In this document: positions 19,307 through 30,354 of the stretch, one piece after another
Numbering within the stretch: position 1 is the stretch's first letter
Layout of the letters: every line of letters starts with the position of its first letter
Assembly: GCA_943357015.1 (NCBI GenBank)
Contig: CALRFZ010000001.1
Span: 1-52,776, forward strand
Direction of reading: 5' to 3'
Length of the DNA stretch: 52,776 bases
DNA from: Candidatus Staskawiczbacteria bacterium
GTDB lineage: Bacteria > Patescibacteriota > Minisyncoccia > Minisyncoccales > Staskawiczbacteraceae
Notes under the pieces: model-generated
The model's database searches: none
What the model was told of the DNA's origin: nothing
What the model saw: the letters and a program-made list of their open reading frames with translations, nothing else
Made by a program: the position numbers and the translations under genes

Positions 19307-20980
19307 ATGTTTCCCAAAAAAATAAAAAAAATTATATTGATCGCAATGACATCTGGCCTGATATTTTCTTTTGCCGGATTAGTTGGAGCAACCACAATTG
19401 GGGAATCCTTTAATTTTAATGTTGATCAAAATTTTGATTTGGGATCAAGATCTCAGGTTATTTCAACTTTGGTAAAGACCAGCAATAATTTATATTTTTA
19501 TGTAGATAAAAATTGGTGGGATGGTCAGGTGGAAGTAAAAAAAACTGAAATATTGGCTAATTTTGACGCATTATCTATTGAATTTAGCAATAAAATTTAC
19601 CCTACACTTACTTCGGTTTTTGGCAGTGAGTGGAACCCTGGCGTTGATGGTGATAGTAAAATTATTTTATTATTCCACCCTATGATAGAGGGTTCGGCTG
19701 GGTATTTTCGTTCTACTGATGAGTATTTAAAGCTTCAGACTCCAGATTCTAATGAAAAAGAAATGCTGTATCTGTCGGTTTCTAATATTGACAGTCCTCA
19801 GTTAAAAGTTTTTTTGGCTCATGAGTTTATGCACCTTATTACCTTTAATCAAAAAGATAGAATGAATGGAGTTTCTGAAGAGGTGTGGCTCAATGAGGCA
19901 CGCGCCGATTATGCTTCGACTATTTTAGGTTATGATACGGTTTATGAGGGCAGTAATTTACAAAAAAGGATGAAAGATTTTTTATCCAACCCCTCAGATT
20001 CTTTGACCGAATGGCAAGAGAAAAAAAGTGATTACGCAGTTGCTAGTGTTTTTATGCATTATTTGGTGGATAACTATAGTATTAAAATATTATCAGATTC
20101 TCTAAAATCAAAGTTGGTGGGTATTGCCAGTCTTAATGAGTCCTTGTTAAAAAATAATTCTCAGGAAGATTTTGATAAAATTTTTACTAATTGGACAATT
20201 GCCAACATTATTAATAGTTGTTCTGGAAATACTAAATATTGCTACTTAAATCAAAACCTGAAAAATTTAAAAATTAGTCCGGTGCTTAATTTTTTGCCAC
20301 TGGCAGGAAATAGTTCTTTGTCAGTTACCAATGTCACTAAAAATTGGTCTGCCAATTGGCAAAAAATAATTGGCGGTAATGGAAATTTATTGTTGGAATT
20401 TTCCAGTTTAGCTGGACTTGATTTTTCTGTGCCCTATATTATTTTTGATAAAGACAATAATTTTTCTGTTAATTTTCTTAAATTAGATGCCAAACAAAAG
20501 GGACAAATTACCATAAAAGATTTTGGTACAAAATATAGTTCTTTGGTTATCATTCCTTCTTTACAAACAAAAATTGCTAAATTTGATGGCATGGAACTAA
20601 CTTATCCTTACACGTTTAAGGTTTCAATTTCCCAGAAACTACCAACTGAAGATCCCTTGATAATTGAAAATCTGCTCGCACAAATTGAATCTTTAAAAAA
20701 ACAAATATTGGCTATTAAGACGGGTAACAAAAATTCGATTTCTTGTTCATCAATAAATAATAATCTTTATTTTGGACTTTCTGATAATAATTTGGTTACT
20801 TGTTTGCAGGAGTTTTTAATTTTGCAGGGTGATAATATTTATCCGGAAAAAATGGTAACGGGAAATTTTGGAAATTTAACTAAATTGGCAGTTGTACGTT
20901 TTCAAACCAAATACAAAATTCCATCTACTGGTTTTGTGGGAACATTAACCAGAGCTAAAATTAATGAGCTATTTAAATGA
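19307..20980 (+). CDS. Secreted putative zinc metalloprotease with C-terminal peptidoglycan-binding domain
   Basis: N-terminal signal/TM segment (KKIILIAMTSGLIFSFAGLVGA), HExxH (AHEFMHLITF), and a C-terminal PG_binding_1-like region (LQEFLILQG...GNFGNLTKLAVVRFQTKYKIPSTGFVG). Confidence 0.65.
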   Translation: MFPKKIKKIILIAMTSGLIFSFAGLVGATTIGESFNFNVDQNFDLGSRSQVISTLVKTSNNLYFYVDKNWWDGQVEVKKTEILANFDALSIEFSNKIYPTLTSVFGSEWNPGVDGDSKIILLFHPMIEGSAGYFRSTDEYLKLQTPDSNEKEMLYLSVSNIDSPQLKVFLAHEFMHLITFNQKDRMNGVSEEVWLNEARADYASTILGYDTVYEGSNLQKRMKDFLSNPSDSLTEWQEKKSDYAVASVFMHYLVDNYSIKILSDSLKSKLVGIASLNESLLKNNSQEDFDKIFTNWTIANIINSCSGNTKYCYLNQNLKNLKISPVLNFLPLAGNSSLSVTNVTKNWSANWQKIIGGNGNLLLEFSSLAGLDFSVPYIIFDKDNNFSVNFLKLDAKQKGQITIKDFGTKYSSLVIIPSLQTKIAKFDGMELTYPYTFKVSISQKLPTEDPLIIENLLAQIESLKKQILAIKTGNKNSISCSSINNNLYFGLSDNNLVTCLQEFLILQGDNIYPEKMVTGNFGNLTKLAVVRFQTKYKIPSTGFVGTLTRAKINELFK

Positions 20981-21942
20981 CCAAAGACATTTTTGAAGAA
21001 TTAAAAATTAAACTACCTAATTTAAAATCTGGAGTTTTGTTAAAAGACCATACAACATTTAATATTGGTGGCCCGGCAAAATATTTTTTGGAGGTAAGTA
21101 AAAGAGATTATTTGATTGAGGGATTAAAATTGGCAAAAAAATTCAAGATACCTTTTTTTATTTTAGGTGGAGGTAGTAATGTTTTGGTTTCCGATAAAGG
21201 TTTTGATGGATTAGTTTTAAGTGTTAAAAATTACGGTCAACCTTTGAAAATAAAAGATAATATTATTGAAGCCTTGGCCGGAATTGAGGTTGGGGAGTTG
21301 GTAAAATTTTCCGTAGACAATTCCTTGCAGGGTTTGGAGTGGGCAGGCGGACTACCTGGAACTTTTGGTGGTGCTATTCGTGGCAATGCCGGAGCTTTTG
21401 GTGGGGAAATTAAAGATTCAATTTTAGAAGTTGAGTGCCTAGATAAAAATTTAAAGATTAGAAAGCTAACTAACTTTCAGTGTCAATTTTCTTATCGGTC
21501 ATCAATTTTTAAGGAAAAAAATTGGATAATTATTTCGGCTAAACTTAAGTTTAATCAAGGCCAAAAAGAAGAGTTGCAAAAAATTGCCAAATCTAATATG
21601 GATTATCGCAAGGATCGTCACCCATTGGAATTGCCCAATGCCGGCAGTATTTTTAAAAATTGTGAGTATGAAAAGCTATCAAAAAAAATCCAAAAAGAAT
21701 TTTCTGGTTTAGTGAAAAATGATCCTTTCCCAATAGTTCCGGTAGTGCATTTTATTATAAGAGATGGTTTAAAGGGGTTAAAAATTGGTGGCGCGCAAAT
21801 TTCAGAAAAACATCCAAATTTTATTGTTAACACTGGTAACGCTAAAGCCCAGGATGTGTTAAAATTAATTAGTACAGTTAAAAGCAAAATTAAAAAAAAA
21901 TACGGAGTTAATTTAGAACAAGAAGTGCAATATCTTGAATAA
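20977..21942 (+). CDS. murB: UDP-N-acetylenolpyruvoylglucosamine reductase
   Basis: HTTFNIGGPAKYF, ILGGGSNVLV, GLEWAGGLPGTFGGAIRGNAGAFG, PNAGSIFKN. Confidence 0.9.
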   Translation: MTKDIFEELKIKLPNLKSGVLLKDHTTFNIGGPAKYFLEVSKRDYLIEGLKLAKKFKIPFFILGGGSNVLVSDKGFDGLVLSVKNYGQPLKIKDNIIEALAGIEVGELVKFSVDNSLQGLEWAGGLPGTFGGAIRGNAGAFGGEIKDSILEVECLDKNLKIRKLTNFQCQFSYRSSIFKEKNWIIISAKLKFNQGQKEELQKIAKSNMDYRKDRHPLELPNAGSIFKNCEYEKLSKKIQKEFSGLVKNDPFPIVPVVHFIIRDGLKGLKIGGAQISEKHPNFIVNTGNAKAQDVLKLISTVKSKIKKKYGVNLEQEVQYLE

Positions 21943-22060
21943 TTTAAAAATTCAAATTTAAAATTCAAAAACAATTTAAAAATAGTAATTTAAGATAACA
22001 TTTTAAAATTTTTATAACTAATTATTTTTAGAATTTAAATTTTAAATTTGAAATTATAAT

Positions 22061-22408
22061 ATGAATATAATTATTAAAGTTAAAAATTTAGAATTAACTG
22101 AATATCTGGAAAAATTAATTAATCAAAAAATTGAGAAATTAGAAAAATTTTTAAATTCACCTGATCAGGAAGTTTTTGTTGAAGTTGAAAAAGAATCTAA
22201 TCATCATAAAAAGGGGGATATATACTGCGCTGAAATTATTATAAGTTTAACTGGTAAAAAACTGATCGCCAAAGCTCAGGAAGCTGATTTGCAAAAAGCT
22301 ATTATGCAATCTAGAGAAGAGATGGAAATAGAAATAAAAAGGTATAAACTAAAAAAGATTGAATTACCCCGTCGAGAAGCCAAAAAATCCCGCAAAGAAA
22401 TTTTTTAA
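22061..22408 (+). CDS. hpf: Ribosome hibernation factor (HPF/RaiA, S30AE family)
   Basis: 115 aa. The MNIIIKVKNLELTEYLEKLINQKIEKLEKF start and overall pattern are typical of the family. Confidence 0.8.
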   Translation: MNIIIKVKNLELTEYLEKLINQKIEKLEKFLNSPDQEVFVEVEKESNHHKKGDIYCAEIIISLTGKKLIAKAQEADLQKAIMQSREEMEIEIKRYKLKKIELPRREAKKSRKEIF

Positions 22409-22431
22409 CAAAATATTATTTTCAATAAAAG

Positions 22432-22455
22432 CCAGATTAATAGTCTGGTTTTTTG
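22432..22455 (+). terminator. Intrinsic terminator after hpf
   Basis: The ccagatt/agtctgg hairpin is followed by a T-run. Confidence 0.6.
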
Positions 22456-22490
22456 TTGCTAAAATCCCAATTTTTAGTTAAAGTTATTGT

Positions 22491-24923
22491 ATGAATATAT
22501 TTACAAAAATTTTTGGAGATGCTAATGAAAAGCAGATAAAAAATCTGCGAATTTTGGTTGAAAAAATTAATCAATTAGAGTCGGGATTTAAAAAATTAAC
22601 TGATTTGCAGTTAAAAAGTAAAACGCAGGAATTTAGGGATCGGCTGACTAAAGGCGAAACTTTAGATGATCTGTTACCTGAAGCTTTTGCTTCTGTCAGG
22701 GAAGCGTCTTTACGCGCACTTGGTCAGCGTCACTTTGATGTGCAGTTAATGGGTGGCACGGTTTTACATCAGGGAAAAGTGGCAGAAATGAGAACTGGTG
22801 AAGGTAAAACTTTGTCAGCGACTTTGCCAGCTTATCTTAATGCTTTGGAGGGCAGGGGAGTTCACATTGTGACAGTTAATGATTACTTAGCCAGGCGCGA
22901 TATGGTTTGGATGGGTCAAATTTATGGTTTTTTGGGGATGAGTACGGGTTGCGTGACCAGTGAATCTGGTTATGTTTATGATGCTCTATATATAGATGGA
23001 CAAAAAGATCAGCTTCGTGATCAGGTGGGAGGATTTAAGGTTGTGGAAAGTTTTTTAAGGCCCGCCAGCAAAAAAGAAGCTTACTTGGCCGATATTACTT
23101 ATGGTACTAATAATGAATTTGGTTTTGATTACTTGCGCGATAATATGGTTTTAGATTTAAGTCAGCAAGTGCAACGTGGACATAATTACGTTATTGTTGA
23201 CGAAGTTGATTCGGTTTTAATTGACGAAGCGCGTGTACCATTAATTATTTCTGGACAGGCCGAAGATGCAACGCAAAAATATAGTCAGTTTGCCAAGATT
23301 GTTGCTAATCTAGAAAAAGATACCGATTATATTTTGGATGAAAAGTTAAAATCGGTAAATTTTACCGAAGCAGGTCAAGATAAAGTAATTAAAAATTTAG
23401 GTCAGGACCCTTGGGCTCAAAATAATATTACAGATACGCACCAGTTAGAATCAGCGTTAAAAGCTAAAACCTTATTTTTAAAAGATCGAGATTATGTGGT
23501 AGCGCAAGGTCAAATTATGATTATTGATGAATTTACTGGCCGAATGTTGCCTGGGCGTCGCTGGTCTTCTGGATTACATCAAGCGGTAGAAGCTAAGGAG
23601 GGCGTAAATATTCAGCCTGAATCTGTAACTTTGGCCACTGTTACTTTTCAAAATTATTTTCGGCAATATAAAAAAATCTCTGGTATGACCGGAACCGCCT
23701 TAACTTCAGCGGAGGAATTAGATAAGGTATATGGTTTGGATGTTGTTTCAATTCCAACTAACAAGCCTGCCAAAAGGCAAGATTACCCTGATAAAATTTT
23801 TAAGACCGAAGAAGGTAAATTTAGGGCTGTAATTAAAGAAATTAAACAACTACATCAAAAAGGTCAGCCGGTTTTGGTAGGCACGCGATCAGTTGAGCGT
23901 AATGAGTATTTAGGAAAAATTTTACAAATGGAAGGTATTCCGCACCAAATTTTAAATGCTAAAAATCATCAACGTGAAGCAGAGATTATTGCTCAAGCGG
24001 GAAAAATTGGAGCTGTGACTATCGCAACTAATATGGCGGGGCGAGGTGTCGATATTATTTTGGGTGGCAATCCTAAAGATCCTGTAGAAAGTCAAAAAGT
24101 TTTAGATTTAGGTGGTTTATATGTTCTAGGGACCGAGCGCCACGATGCCCGCAGAATTGATAATCAGTTGCGTGGACGAGCTGGTCGGCAAGGAGATGCT
24201 GGGTCATCACAATTTTTTGTTTCCTTAGAAGATGATCTAATGAGAATTTTTGGTGGCGATAGAATAAAATCAATTATGACAGCCCTTAAAGTTCCAGATG
24301 ACGAACCAATTTCGGCGAATATTATTTCTGGCGCCTTAGAATCAGCCCAGAAAAAAATTGAAGGTTTTAACTTTGATGCTCGTCACCACGTACTTGAGTA
24401 TGATGATATAATGAATAAGCATCGAGAAATTATTTACAAGAAGCGTCGAACTTTTCTTGTTATGGTTGACGGGCAGTATCCGATTTCTGATGACATAGTA
24501 AGTTCCGAGGAATTTAAGGAAAGGGAACAAGAAGTTGGCAAAGAAAATCTGGAAAAAATTATAAGATTTGTCGGCTTAAAAGTTATTGATACGCTTTGGC
24601 AGGATCATCTAAATAATATGGATCACCTGCGTGAATCGGTAAAACTTCGGGCCTATGGTGGCAAAGATCCTTTAGTAGAATATAAAAACGAGGGCCGAAA
24701 ATTATTTACGCAATTATTGGAAGAAATTGACAGTACGATTACTAAAAATATCTTGGTGGCGCAATTAAATGTTTCTGGGCCTAGTTTGCAAACCGTGAAT
24801 TCGCAAAATAATATTGAGGGGATTGGGCGCAATGATGAGTGTCCTTGTGGTAGCGGAAAAAAATATAAAAAGTGTGGTATGGTAAATTCGCCAGAGCATC
24901 AACAAAATATAGGCAAGAAGTAA
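22491..24923 (+). CDS. secA: Preprotein translocase ATPase SecA
   Basis: MRTGEGKTL Walker [30 protein letters not shown], and a C-terminal zinc motif [13 protein letters not shown]. Confidence 0.97.
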   Translation: MNIFTKIFGDANEKQIKNLRILVEKINQLESGFKKLTDLQLKSKTQEFRDRLTKGETLDDLLPEAFASVREASLRALGQRHFDVQLMGGTVLHQGKVAEMRTGEGKTLSATLPAYLNALEGRGVHIVTVNDYLARRDMVWMGQIYGFLGMSTGCVTSESGYVYDALYIDGQKDQLRDQVGGFKVVESFLRPASKKEAYLADITYGTNNEFGFDYLRDNMVLDLSQQVQRGHNYVIVDEVDSVLIDEARVPLIISGQAEDATQKYSQFAKIVANLEKDTDYILDEKLKSVNFTEAGQDKVIKNLGQDPWAQNNITDTHQLESALKAKTLFLKDRDYVVAQGQIMIIDEFTGRMLPGRRWSSGLHQAVEAKEGVNIQPESVTLATVTFQNYFRQYKKISGMTGTALTSAEELDKVYGLDVVSIPTNKPAKRQDYPDKIFKTEEGKFRAVIKEIKQLHQKGQPVLVGTRSVERNEYLGKILQMEGIPHQILNAKNHQREAEIIAQAGKIGAVTIATNMAGRGVDIILGGNPKDPVESQKVLDLGGLYVLGTERHDARRIDNQLRGRAGRQGDAGSSQFFVSLEDDLMRIFGGDRIKSIMTALKVPDDEPISANIISGALESAQKKIEGFNFDARHHVLEYDDIMNKHREIIYKKRRTFLVMVDGQYPISDDIVSSEEFKEREQEVGKENLEKIIRFVGLKVIDTLWQDHLNNMDHLRESVKLRAYGGKDPLVEYKNEGRKLFTQLLEEIDSTITKNILVAQLNVSGPSLQTVNSQNNIEGIGRNDECPCGSGKKYKKCGMVNSPEHQQNIGKK

Positions 24924-24966
24924 AAAGCATATAACATAGTTCAAAATCAGATAATAATTTTTATTT

Positions 24967-25845
24967 ATGAAAAAAATATATTACTTTGGAATTTTAGTTT
25001 TTATTTTGGTTGTAGCTTGGTTCGGATTTTATTATAAAAATATTATCTTCACTTTTTATGATAATGCTGGTAAAAAACTGCATGAATTTGAGTCATCAAA
25101 AATTGAAGATGCTGTAAGTCAAATTTCCAAGAATATTTTTGTGCCAGCCCCTTTGATAGTTGGCGGAGAGGCCAATGAATCGGTTTTGGTAAAAAGTAAA
25201 ATTATTGCAGAGACAAATGTTCAGAGATTTAACAATGGCACCCTACCCCCACTAATTGAAAATGCCAAACTTACTGCTTCAGCTAAAGCTAAGGCGATTG
25301 ATATGTTTACAAATCAATATTTTGAACACGTGTCATTAAAAGGTGTTGATCCTAGTATGCTTGTTAAAAGTTTTGGTTATGAATATATTGTTTCTGGGGA
25401 AAATTTAATTTTGGGTAATTTTAAAGATGAAAAAGAATTGGTTCAGGCTTGGATGGATAGTAAGGGGCACAGAGAAAATATTTTAAATAATCGGTTTGCC
25501 GATATTGGAGTTGCGATTGTAAAAGGTAATTACAAAAATCAGGTTGTTTGGATTGGTGTGCAGGAATTTGGTTTGCCGTTGTCGGCTTGTAAAAATCCCG
25601 ACTCTGTTTTAAAAACTGAAATAGACAATAGTAAGTCAATTCTAGATCAGTATTCTTTGCAGTTAGATGCCAAAAAAGAAGAAATTAATAACACTAATTC
25701 AAAGTCAGACCAATACGGTTTTTTGGTGGATGAATATAATAATTTGGTGGCCCAGTATGATCAACTACATCAAAATGTTAAAAACTTGATTGTGCAGTAT
25801 AATGATCAGGTAAGTAATTTTAATCAGTGCGTAGAAGGAAGATAA
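24967..25845 (+). CDS. Membrane-anchored CAP/SCP (YkwD-like) domain protein
   Basis: N-terminal TM segment. GENLILGNF...WMDSKGHRENILNNRFADIGVA is the CAP-domain signature. Confidence 0.75.
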   Translation: MKKIYYFGILVFILVVAWFGFYYKNIIFTFYDNAGKKLHEFESSKIEDAVSQISKNIFVPAPLIVGGEANESVLVKSKIIAETNVQRFNNGTLPPLIENAKLTASAKAKAIDMFTNQYFEHVSLKGVDPSMLVKSFGYEYIVSGENLILGNFKDEKELVQAWMDSKGHRENILNNRFADIGVAIVKGNYKNQVVWIGVQEFGLPLSACKNPDSVLKTEIDNSKSILDQYSLQLDAKKEEINNTNSKSDQYGFLVDEYNNLVAQYDQLHQNVKNLIVQYNDQVSNFNQCVEGR

Positions 25846-25854
25846 GTTAAATAT

Positions 25855-26322
25855 ATGAAGTTTGCAATTGTTTCTGACACTCATGATAATATGGCCAATT
25901 TTAATAAGGTAATTGATTTTTTAAATAATCAGAAAATTATTACGCTTTTGCATTGCGGTGATATTTGTAATCAAGATACTATTAATGAAGCCACAAAAAA
26001 ATTTAATGGCGAAATTTTTTGGGTTAAAGGAAATGGAGATTATCACTTAGATAATTACCAAGATGTAATGGAGCTGGACTTAGGTGGCAAGAGCGTGGCT
26101 TTTATACATTACCCAGATTTAGCCAAAAAGTTAGCGGAGTCCAAAAAATACGACTTGGTTTTTTACGGTCACACTCACCGCCCATGGGAAGAAATGGTAG
26201 GTAAGTGTCGTTTGGTAAATCCCGGCGAATTAGCGGGTCAACGTTACAAACCCTGTTTTACAATATATGACACTACGACAGATAAGTTGGAACTTAAAAT
26301 TTTAGAGAAGATGCAAAATTGA
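25855..26322 (+). CDS. YfcE/MJ0936-family metallophosphoesterase
   Basis: FAIVSDTHDN, HCGDI, GNGD, GHTHRP motifs. Confidence 0.8.
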   Translation: MKFAIVSDTHDNMANFNKVIDFLNNQKIITLLHCGDICNQDTINEATKKFNGEIFWVKGNGDYHLDNYQDVMELDLGGKSVAFIHYPDLAKKLAESKKYDLVFYGHTHRPWEEMVGKCRLVNPGELAGQRYKPCFTIYDTTTDKLELKILEKMQN

Positions 26323-26355
26323 TTATGTTTTAAATATTATTTATATAGTTTTTAA

Positions 26356-26391
26356 AACGCAGGACTACATTATGTAATCTTGCGTTTTTTA
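26356..26391 (+). terminator. Intrinsic terminator
   Basis: aacgcagga (26356-26364) pairs with tcttgcgtt (26378-26386, one G-U), followed by a T-run. Confidence 0.65.
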
Positions 26392-26462
26392 TTAAAAAGT
26401 ATTAAGATATTTTAATACTTTAAATCTCAAAATAGTTTCTTTAGATTTTTTAAATATATACT

Positions 26463-27884
26463 ATGCAACAAAAACATTGGATATTAATTGGCGTTATTAT
26501 TTTGACCTTATTGGCCGGAAATTTTGCGTATCCAAATTATTACAATAAAGCTATAGATTCTTTAAATAGTAAATTTCACTGGACCTTGCCGTATTTTTGG
26601 CAAAAACCATACGTCTTGGGTTTGGATTTGCAGGGTGGAGTGAATTTAACTTATCAGGCTGATTTAAGTTCTATTTCCGATAAAGATGGTGCGATGTCGG
26701 GATTAAGAGATGTGATTGAAAGAAGAGTTAATTTATTTGGTGTATCAGAGCCAGTAGTAAAAATTCAGGGTAAAGATCAGTTAACTGTTCAGTTACCGGG
26801 AGTTAAAGATGTGGCTTCGGCCATAGCAATGATTGGTCAAACGCCTTATTTGGAATTTAATGAAATTCGACCGGAAGCTGAAAGTAAATCAATTTTGGAT
26901 AAAATAAAAGAGGTGAAAGATGCTCAAGATAAAAAACAAGATATCCAAAAAATAAAAGACTGGCAGTTGGCGATGGAAGATCCTTACATAAAACCAACTG
27001 AATTAACGGGAAAATACTTGTCAAAGGCTACAGTTGTTTTTGATCAAACTACTTATAAACCAAAAATTCAATTGCAATTTAATAATGAGGGCGCCAAACT
27101 CTTTGAAGACATTACTGCAAGAAATATTGGCAAGCCATTAGCAATTTTGTTGGATGGCGCTTCGATTATTGATACTTCTGGTGACGGAAAAATTGATAGC
27201 CATGATTTATATGCACCAATTATTCAGGATAAAATTACAGGTGGAACGGCAGTTATTACAGGAGATATGCCAGCTAAAACTGCTAACGATATTGCTCGTC
27301 GGTTAAATTCTGGCGCCCTGCCAGTGAAAATTGGTAGTCCAATTTTGCAAGAAACCGTAGGTCCAACTTTGGGTGCAGTGTCATTACAAAAATCTTTATG
27401 GGCCGGAGTTTTTGGGCTTTTAGCTGTGATAGTATTTATGATTTTATTTTATAGGTTACCGGGATTACTGGCTTCTATTGCTTTGATAATTTACGTTGCT
27501 ATAACCTTGGCAATTTTTAAATTAGTGCCTATTACTTTAACCTTGGCTGGTATCGGTGGATTTATTTTGTCTATTGGTATGGCGGTTGATGCTAATATTT
27601 TAATTTTTGCTCGTATGAAAGAAGAAATTAATAGTGGTAAAAGCTTATCTTTATCAATCGAAGAAGGATTGAGTCGGGCTTGGCCATCAATTCGCGACAG
27701 TAATCTAAACTCATTGATTGTTTGCGTAATTTTATTTATTTTTTCTACGTCTTTTATTAAAGGTTTTGCCTTAACTTTATCATTAGGTATTTTAGTTTCG
27801 TTATTTTCTGCGATTTTTGTTACTAGAATATTATTATTAGTTTTTGTTGGTAGACTGGCAAATAAGTTTAGGTGGTTAATGTAA
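26463..27884 (+). CDS. secD: Protein translocase subunit SecD
   Basis: GLDLQGGV, the periplasmic domain, and a C-terminal 6-TM region with GFILSIGMAVDANILIF. Confidence 0.93.
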   Translation: MQQKHWILIGVIILTLLAGNFAYPNYYNKAIDSLNSKFHWTLPYFWQKPYVLGLDLQGGVNLTYQADLSSISDKDGAMSGLRDVIERRVNLFGVSEPVVKIQGKDQLTVQLPGVKDVASAIAMIGQTPYLEFNEIRPEAESKSILDKIKEVKDAQDKKQDIQKIKDWQLAMEDPYIKPTELTGKYLSKATVVFDQTTYKPKIQLQFNNEGAKLFEDITARNIGKPLAILLDGASIIDTSGDGKIDSHDLYAPIIQDKITGGTAVITGDMPAKTANDIARRLNSGALPVKIGSPILQETVGPTLGAVSLQKSLWAGVFGLLAVIVFMILFYRLPGLLASIALIIYVAITLAIFKLVPITLTLAGIGGFILSIGMAVDANILIFARMKEEINSGKSLSLSIEEGLSRAWPSIRDSNLNSLIVCVILFIFSTSFIKGFALTLSLGILVSLFSAIFVTRILLLVFVGRLANKFRWLM

Positions 27885-27906
27885 TTATATCGTAAATTAT
27901 AAAAAA

Positions 27907-28806
27907 ATGTTTCCATTTACTAAATTTTCAAAAGTATATTATATTATTTCTGGCTTATTGATTGTTGGCGCATTAGCGTCTCTGGTTTTATTTGGTCTTA
28001 AGTTTGGCATTGAGTTTACGGGGGGTAGTAATATGGAATTAGATTTTCTTAATCAGAGACCAGATAATACAGCGATTTCAAAATCCTTGATGGAGTTTGA
28101 ACTAGGAGATATTGTGGTTCAACCTACAGGGGAAAAAGGGGTGTTGCTACAGTTTAGGGGTATTGATGAGGCCTTGCATCAAAAAGTTTTATCAAAATTG
28201 CAAGCATTGTCCCCTGTGCAAGAAAAAAGTTTTCAATATATTGGGCCTTCAGTGGGTCAGGATTTAAAAAATAAAACTTTGCTAGCAATTTTATTATCTT
28301 TACTTGCAATTACTTTGTATATTGCTTTTGCTTTTCGAAAAGTTTCACGACCCTTGGCTTCGTGGAAGTATGGCATGACTTCCTTGATTGCTCTTTTTCA
28401 TGACATTTTAATTCCTTTGGGCGCATTCTCTTTGCTAGGTTATTTTTATAATATTGAAATTACTATCCCAATTGTCGCCGCTCTACTGACTATTTTAGGT
28501 TTTTCTGTTCACGATACAATTGTTATTTTTGACCGAATTAGAGAAAATATTTTGCGTCATAATATGAATAGTTTTGATCAAACGGTTGATTTGAGTTTAA
28601 ATCAAACCGTGGGTCGATCTATTAGTACAGTGCTTACGGTTTTGTTGGTAATGTTTTCTTTATTCTTTTTTGGCGGTCAAACTCTCAAATATTTTTCTTT
28701 GGCGTTAATTATAGGTATTGCTTCTGGAGCGTATTCATCTATTTTTATTGCTGGTCCATTATTGGTGACTTGGCAAAATTGGAACGATAGTAGAGCGAAA
28801 AGGTAG
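27907..28806 (+). CDS. secF: Protein translocase subunit SecF
   Basis: GIEFTGGS, LTILGFSVHDTIVIFDRIREN. Confidence 0.93.
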   Translation: MFPFTKFSKVYYIISGLLIVGALASLVLFGLKFGIEFTGGSNMELDFLNQRPDNTAISKSLMEFELGDIVVQPTGEKGVLLQFRGIDEALHQKVLSKLQALSPVQEKSFQYIGPSVGQDLKNKTLLAILLSLLAITLYIAFAFRKVSRPLASWKYGMTSLIALFHDILIPLGAFSLLGYFYNIEITIPIVAALLTILGFSVHDTIVIFDRIRENILRHNMNSFDQTVDLSLNQTVGRSISTVLTVLLVMFSLFFFGGQTLKYFSLALIIGIASGAYSSIFIAGPLLVTWQNWNDSRAKR

Positions 28807-28867
28807 ATATGATTCCATAGATTTTCAATTTTATTTTTTTGTAAAAGTGTAAAGTTATAGTAATCTA

Positions 28868-28896
28868 TTGACAAGATTATTGATTGGGTGTATAAT
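28868..28896 (+). promoter_or_regulatory. Consensus sigma-70-type promoter
   Basis: TTGACA (28868-28873), a 17-nt spacer, then TATAAT (28891-28896), about 50 nt upstream of the 28947 start. Confidence 0.6.
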
Positions 28897-28946
28897 CAAT
28901 TATCATTATAAGATGATTAAATTATTACTTATTACTAAATAGTTAT

Positions 28947-29972
28947 ATGGAAAAAATTAATTACGCCCAAATTTACACAAAACTGACTCGCGGTCTTTCG
29001 CCAAAAACCAAAGATATCTTTGATCGCCGTTTTGGTGTAAAAACTGGAAGCGTAGAAACCTTAGAATCTATCGGAAAAAGTTTGGGAATTACTCGTGAAA
29101 GAGTGCGTCAAATAGAAGAGGTTGGTTTTAACTTCGTCCGAAAAAATCATCAAGAAACCTTAGAAAAAGTATTTGTTGTTATCGAAAATTACTTTGCTAG
29201 TCAGGGCGGATTTAAAAAAGAAGAGTTGGTTCTAGCTGACTTGGGTGGGGCAAAACAAAAACCACACGTTTTATTTTTTTTAATGTTGGGCAATCAATTT
29301 TCGCGAGTTTGTGAAAAGCGTGATTATTCTTATTTTTGGTCGGTTATGCCAACCGCTGAAAAAAGCGTAAAGGAAATCTTAAATGCTTTAGCTGGTGATT
29401 TGCAGACTTATGGCAAGCCCTTATCTAGAATGGAACTAGCTAAATTTGCTTCTAATTATAGCCTAAATGATCAAGCGCTAAATTCTTATCTTGAGGTTTC
29501 AAAAAGAATTCAGGCTAATAAAGAAGGTAGTTTTGGGTTGGCGGAATGGCCAGAAATTAATCCAAAAAGCGTAAAAGATAAAGCCTTTTTGGTTTTTAAG
29601 AAACATCAAAAGCCTTTACATTTTAGAGAGATCACTCAATTAATCGACAAATTGGATTATAATAGTCTTGATAAAAAAACTCATCCGCAAACCGTACATA
29701 ATGAATTAATTAAAGATTCCAGATTCGTATTGGTTGGTAGGGGAATGTATGCGCTTGGAGAATGGGGTTATAAACCCGGAACTATTCAAGACGTAATCAC
29801 CGATGTCTTAAAGCAAAAACCGCACTTGGTAAGTAAAGATGAAATTGTAAATGAGGTATTGTCGCAACGTCTAGTAGAAAAAAATACTATTTTAATTAAG
29901 CTTAACAACAAAAAATATTTTCAAAAAGGTGAAGATGGAAAGTATTTTACGGTTGGAAATCAAACCGCATAA
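28947..29972 (+). CDS. Sigma-70 region-4-like HTH plus HARE-HTH domain protein
   Basis: TLESIGKSLGITRERVRQIEEVG is region-4-like. The C-terminal LHFREITQLI...VHNELIKDSRFVLVGRGMYALGEW is a HARE-HTH (RpoE-delta/ASXL-type) pattern. Confidence 0.65.
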   Translation: MEKINYAQIYTKLTRGLSPKTKDIFDRRFGVKTGSVETLESIGKSLGITRERVRQIEEVGFNFVRKNHQETLEKVFVVIENYFASQGGFKKEELVLADLGGAKQKPHVLFFLMLGNQFSRVCEKRDYSYFWSVMPTAEKSVKEILNALAGDLQTYGKPLSRMELAKFASNYSLNDQALNSYLEVSKRIQANKEGSFGLAEWPEINPKSVKDKAFLVFKKHQKPLHFREITQLIDKLDYNSLDKKTHPQTVHNELIKDSRFVLVGRGMYALGEWGYKPGTIQDVITDVLKQKPHLVSKDEIVNEVLSQRLVEKNTILIKLNNKKYFQKGEDGKYFTVGNQTA

Positions 29973-29993
29973 ACTAATTATTGATATTGAGTC

Positions 29994-30023
29994 TAAAAAA
30001 TCCCGCAGAATCGGGATTTTTTT
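29994..30023 (+). terminator. Intrinsic terminator
   Basis: aaaaaatcccg / cgggattttttt hairpin with a T-run. Confidence 0.7.
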
Positions 30024-30099
30024 GATGACTCAGAATTATTTTTCCAATTGATTTAAAATTATGCAAATTGTATAATACATTAAATAAGCTATCAAGGCT

Positions 30100-30324
30100 A
30101 TGAATTTATATTTTTTTTGGGGATCAATTATTTTATTTGTCTCAACATTGATTTTTTATGTGGTGTTTTTGTCTTTAATGTATTATTGGCATGAAAAGCA
30201 GATTACTTTTGTGGTAGCTCCTCTTTTATTTGCTTTTGATTTTTTTCTAATCGCCTTTTTAATAATGGCAATTATTGTTATTTTTTTACAATACTTACCA
30301 GATATATTGATTTTACTAAAGTAA
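30100..30324 (+). CDS. Small membrane protein (2 TM), hypothetical
   Basis: 74-aa hydrophobic ORF immediately upstream of the 30355 gene. Coding status rests on the ORF and context only. Confidence 0.5.
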   Translation: MNLYFFWGSIILFVSTLIFYVVFLSLMYYWHEKQITFVVAPLLFAFDFFLIAFLIMAIIVIFLQYLPDILILLK

Positions 30325-30354
30325 TTTCAAATTTTTTATTTTTAAATTTTAATT

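Noticed and set aside
21943-22060. Long AT-only inverted repeats (ttcaaatttaaaatt...) between murB and hpf, and similar AT-rich tracts at 1561-1630
   Set aside because: In sequence that is almost pure A/T, such symmetry is expected by chance. There are no G-C anchored stems. It is probably just promoter/terminator-poor spacer.
27491-27916. 141-aa minus-strand ORF
   Set aside because: It is antisense to the C-terminal membrane domain of secD and spans the secD-secF junction.
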